A DNA stretch of 64,000 nucleotides from positions 95,544,001 through 95,608,000 of the forward strand of contig CM052816.1 of NCBI GenBank assembly GCA_028534125.1, given 5' to 3'. Every line of letters starts with the position of its first letter. Position 1 is the first letter of the stretch. Both the position numbers and the translations under genes were made by a program. The DNA is from Lama glama. Its lineage: Eukaryota. This document shows positions 62,713-64,000 of the stretch, piece after piece. The notes under the pieces are model-generated. The model searched no databases. It saw only the letters and a list, made by a program, of their open reading frames with translations, and had not been told where the DNA came from.

Positions 62713-64000
62713 GGTCATTTGAAAGTGACCGTAAGTAAGGTTTCTCAATAGCCACACCTCTAAAATGCAGTGATTTATACCTATAACCTAATGTGTAGCA
62801 CTTCTGCAGAAAATTATTAGCTAAAGAAAATAAAATATACCAAAAAGATGAAGCTTTCTATACATTTTAGATAACATTTAAGTCTTAGCTAGCAAGACAC
62901 TTCCATTAGCACAAAAAATAATGGCCCTTTTCAACAAGATGACTGTCAAAAAGAAAAAATGTAGACAGTCAAATGATTTATTTCCCCATCCATATTGAGT
63001 TTATTCATGGGGAGATTCACCTTGTGAACTAATAATTTTCTGGGCTAAGAAAAAGCAGCAGGCATTTTTCTTTTTAGGAAATGTCTTTTTTTTTTTTTTT
63101 ACAGTGGGTTTCTTTTGGCCTAAAAAAATTATCTAAGTCTACAGCTTTGATATCAAGGAAAAGGCTTCTTTCAATTGCTTTAACCTTTTTCAAAAAGTGA
63201 CCTGTTGGGATAAATGTTCTCATGCTGAGAATCAGGGTTTTATCTGCTGTCTGTAGGAGCATAGGCAGAAGGAGCAGAACCCTTTCTGAAGTGGTTTAAG
63301 AAAAATGTAAGATCTCAGATTGAGGAAAGGAACTCTTTTGAAAGGTCAAATTGAAGACCCATAATTTAAGCAAAAAAGAGACAGTTAAACTTCACTCTCG
63401 TGTCAGACTGTGGGTGACACCAGAACAGGGGGACCAGGACAGAGCCAGGAACCCAGGAACCAGCTAAGAGGGAAGTCGCTGGCAGATTACTTCTTTCCTT
63501 TTAGGCAAAGTGCCAAGTTCATGGAGGCCAGTTCAGGTGGGGAGGTGTGGGCAGGTACACGGGTGGCTCTGGTTGCAGGTCTCAGTGTGCAGGGGGTCGG
63601 AGAAGTCAGGGATGAACGCATATCATGGAGGTCCCTGGATTTCCGGTTAGAGGCATAATTAAGCCTCTCCTGCCTGCAGTGGGTCCTCGACAGTGATGCT
63701 CAAGGGTATTTGCTTGGGGAGCAGGCACCCCTGTCTCCCCTGCACCTCCAGCCTCTTCTGCTTCTTCTTTGCCGACTCCCCCGCCCTGCACTCACACGGC
63801 CTCTTGCCTTCGGTCCCCGCTGAGGGATTAGCAGCTCATCTTCTGTCTTGACCCTGACTTGGGCTCATATTTGTTTTCCAACCTCATTCTACCTCCTCTT
63901 GACTTTTGTCACCCACCTGTACCTCCTGGACCCCGACCTTGGCCAGGAATGATTCCTAGATTTTTCTGATTGCTTCTCACATGTCAGTGCCTCGGAATGA

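Noticed and set aside
1..64000. Naming a host gene or inferring transcription direction from repeat orientation
   Set aside because: No recognisable exon, and L1 and LTR elements occur on both strands, so the bias is too weak to call.

Overview
This is mammalian nuclear DNA, almost certainly camelid: it holds four tRNA-Ala-derived vic-1-like SINEs plus eutherian-wide MIR, L2, L1M, MLT and MER elements. The window is intronic or intergenic and rich in repeats. I could not recognise any known protein-coding exon, RNA gene or CRISPR array, and the ORF track is mostly noise or transposon remnants. Recognisable content: many L1 fragments (some with intact target-site duplications, TSDs, and nested insertions), MaLR/MLT solo LTRs, a decayed ERV-L provirus half (RT-IN-dUTPase plus 3' LTR, 32.9-35.9 kb, minus strand), a decayed hAT-Charlie transposase (26.5-28 kb), and Tigger/MER MITEs. 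The most interesting unexplained signals are three. (1) A repeat-free block at 12.6-13.9 kb has strong minus-strand splice signals that join in frame into a 201-aa orphan ORF and include a sterically unspliceable 54-nt donor/acceptor pair. (2) A sharply AT-to-GC-shifted L1/Tigger segment at 43.4-44.0 kb looks like a fossil gBGC hotspot. (3) A box C/D-like k-turn motif lies at 5.96-6.04 kb. Repeat subfamily names and boundaries were assigned by eye from recalled consensus motifs and are approximate.
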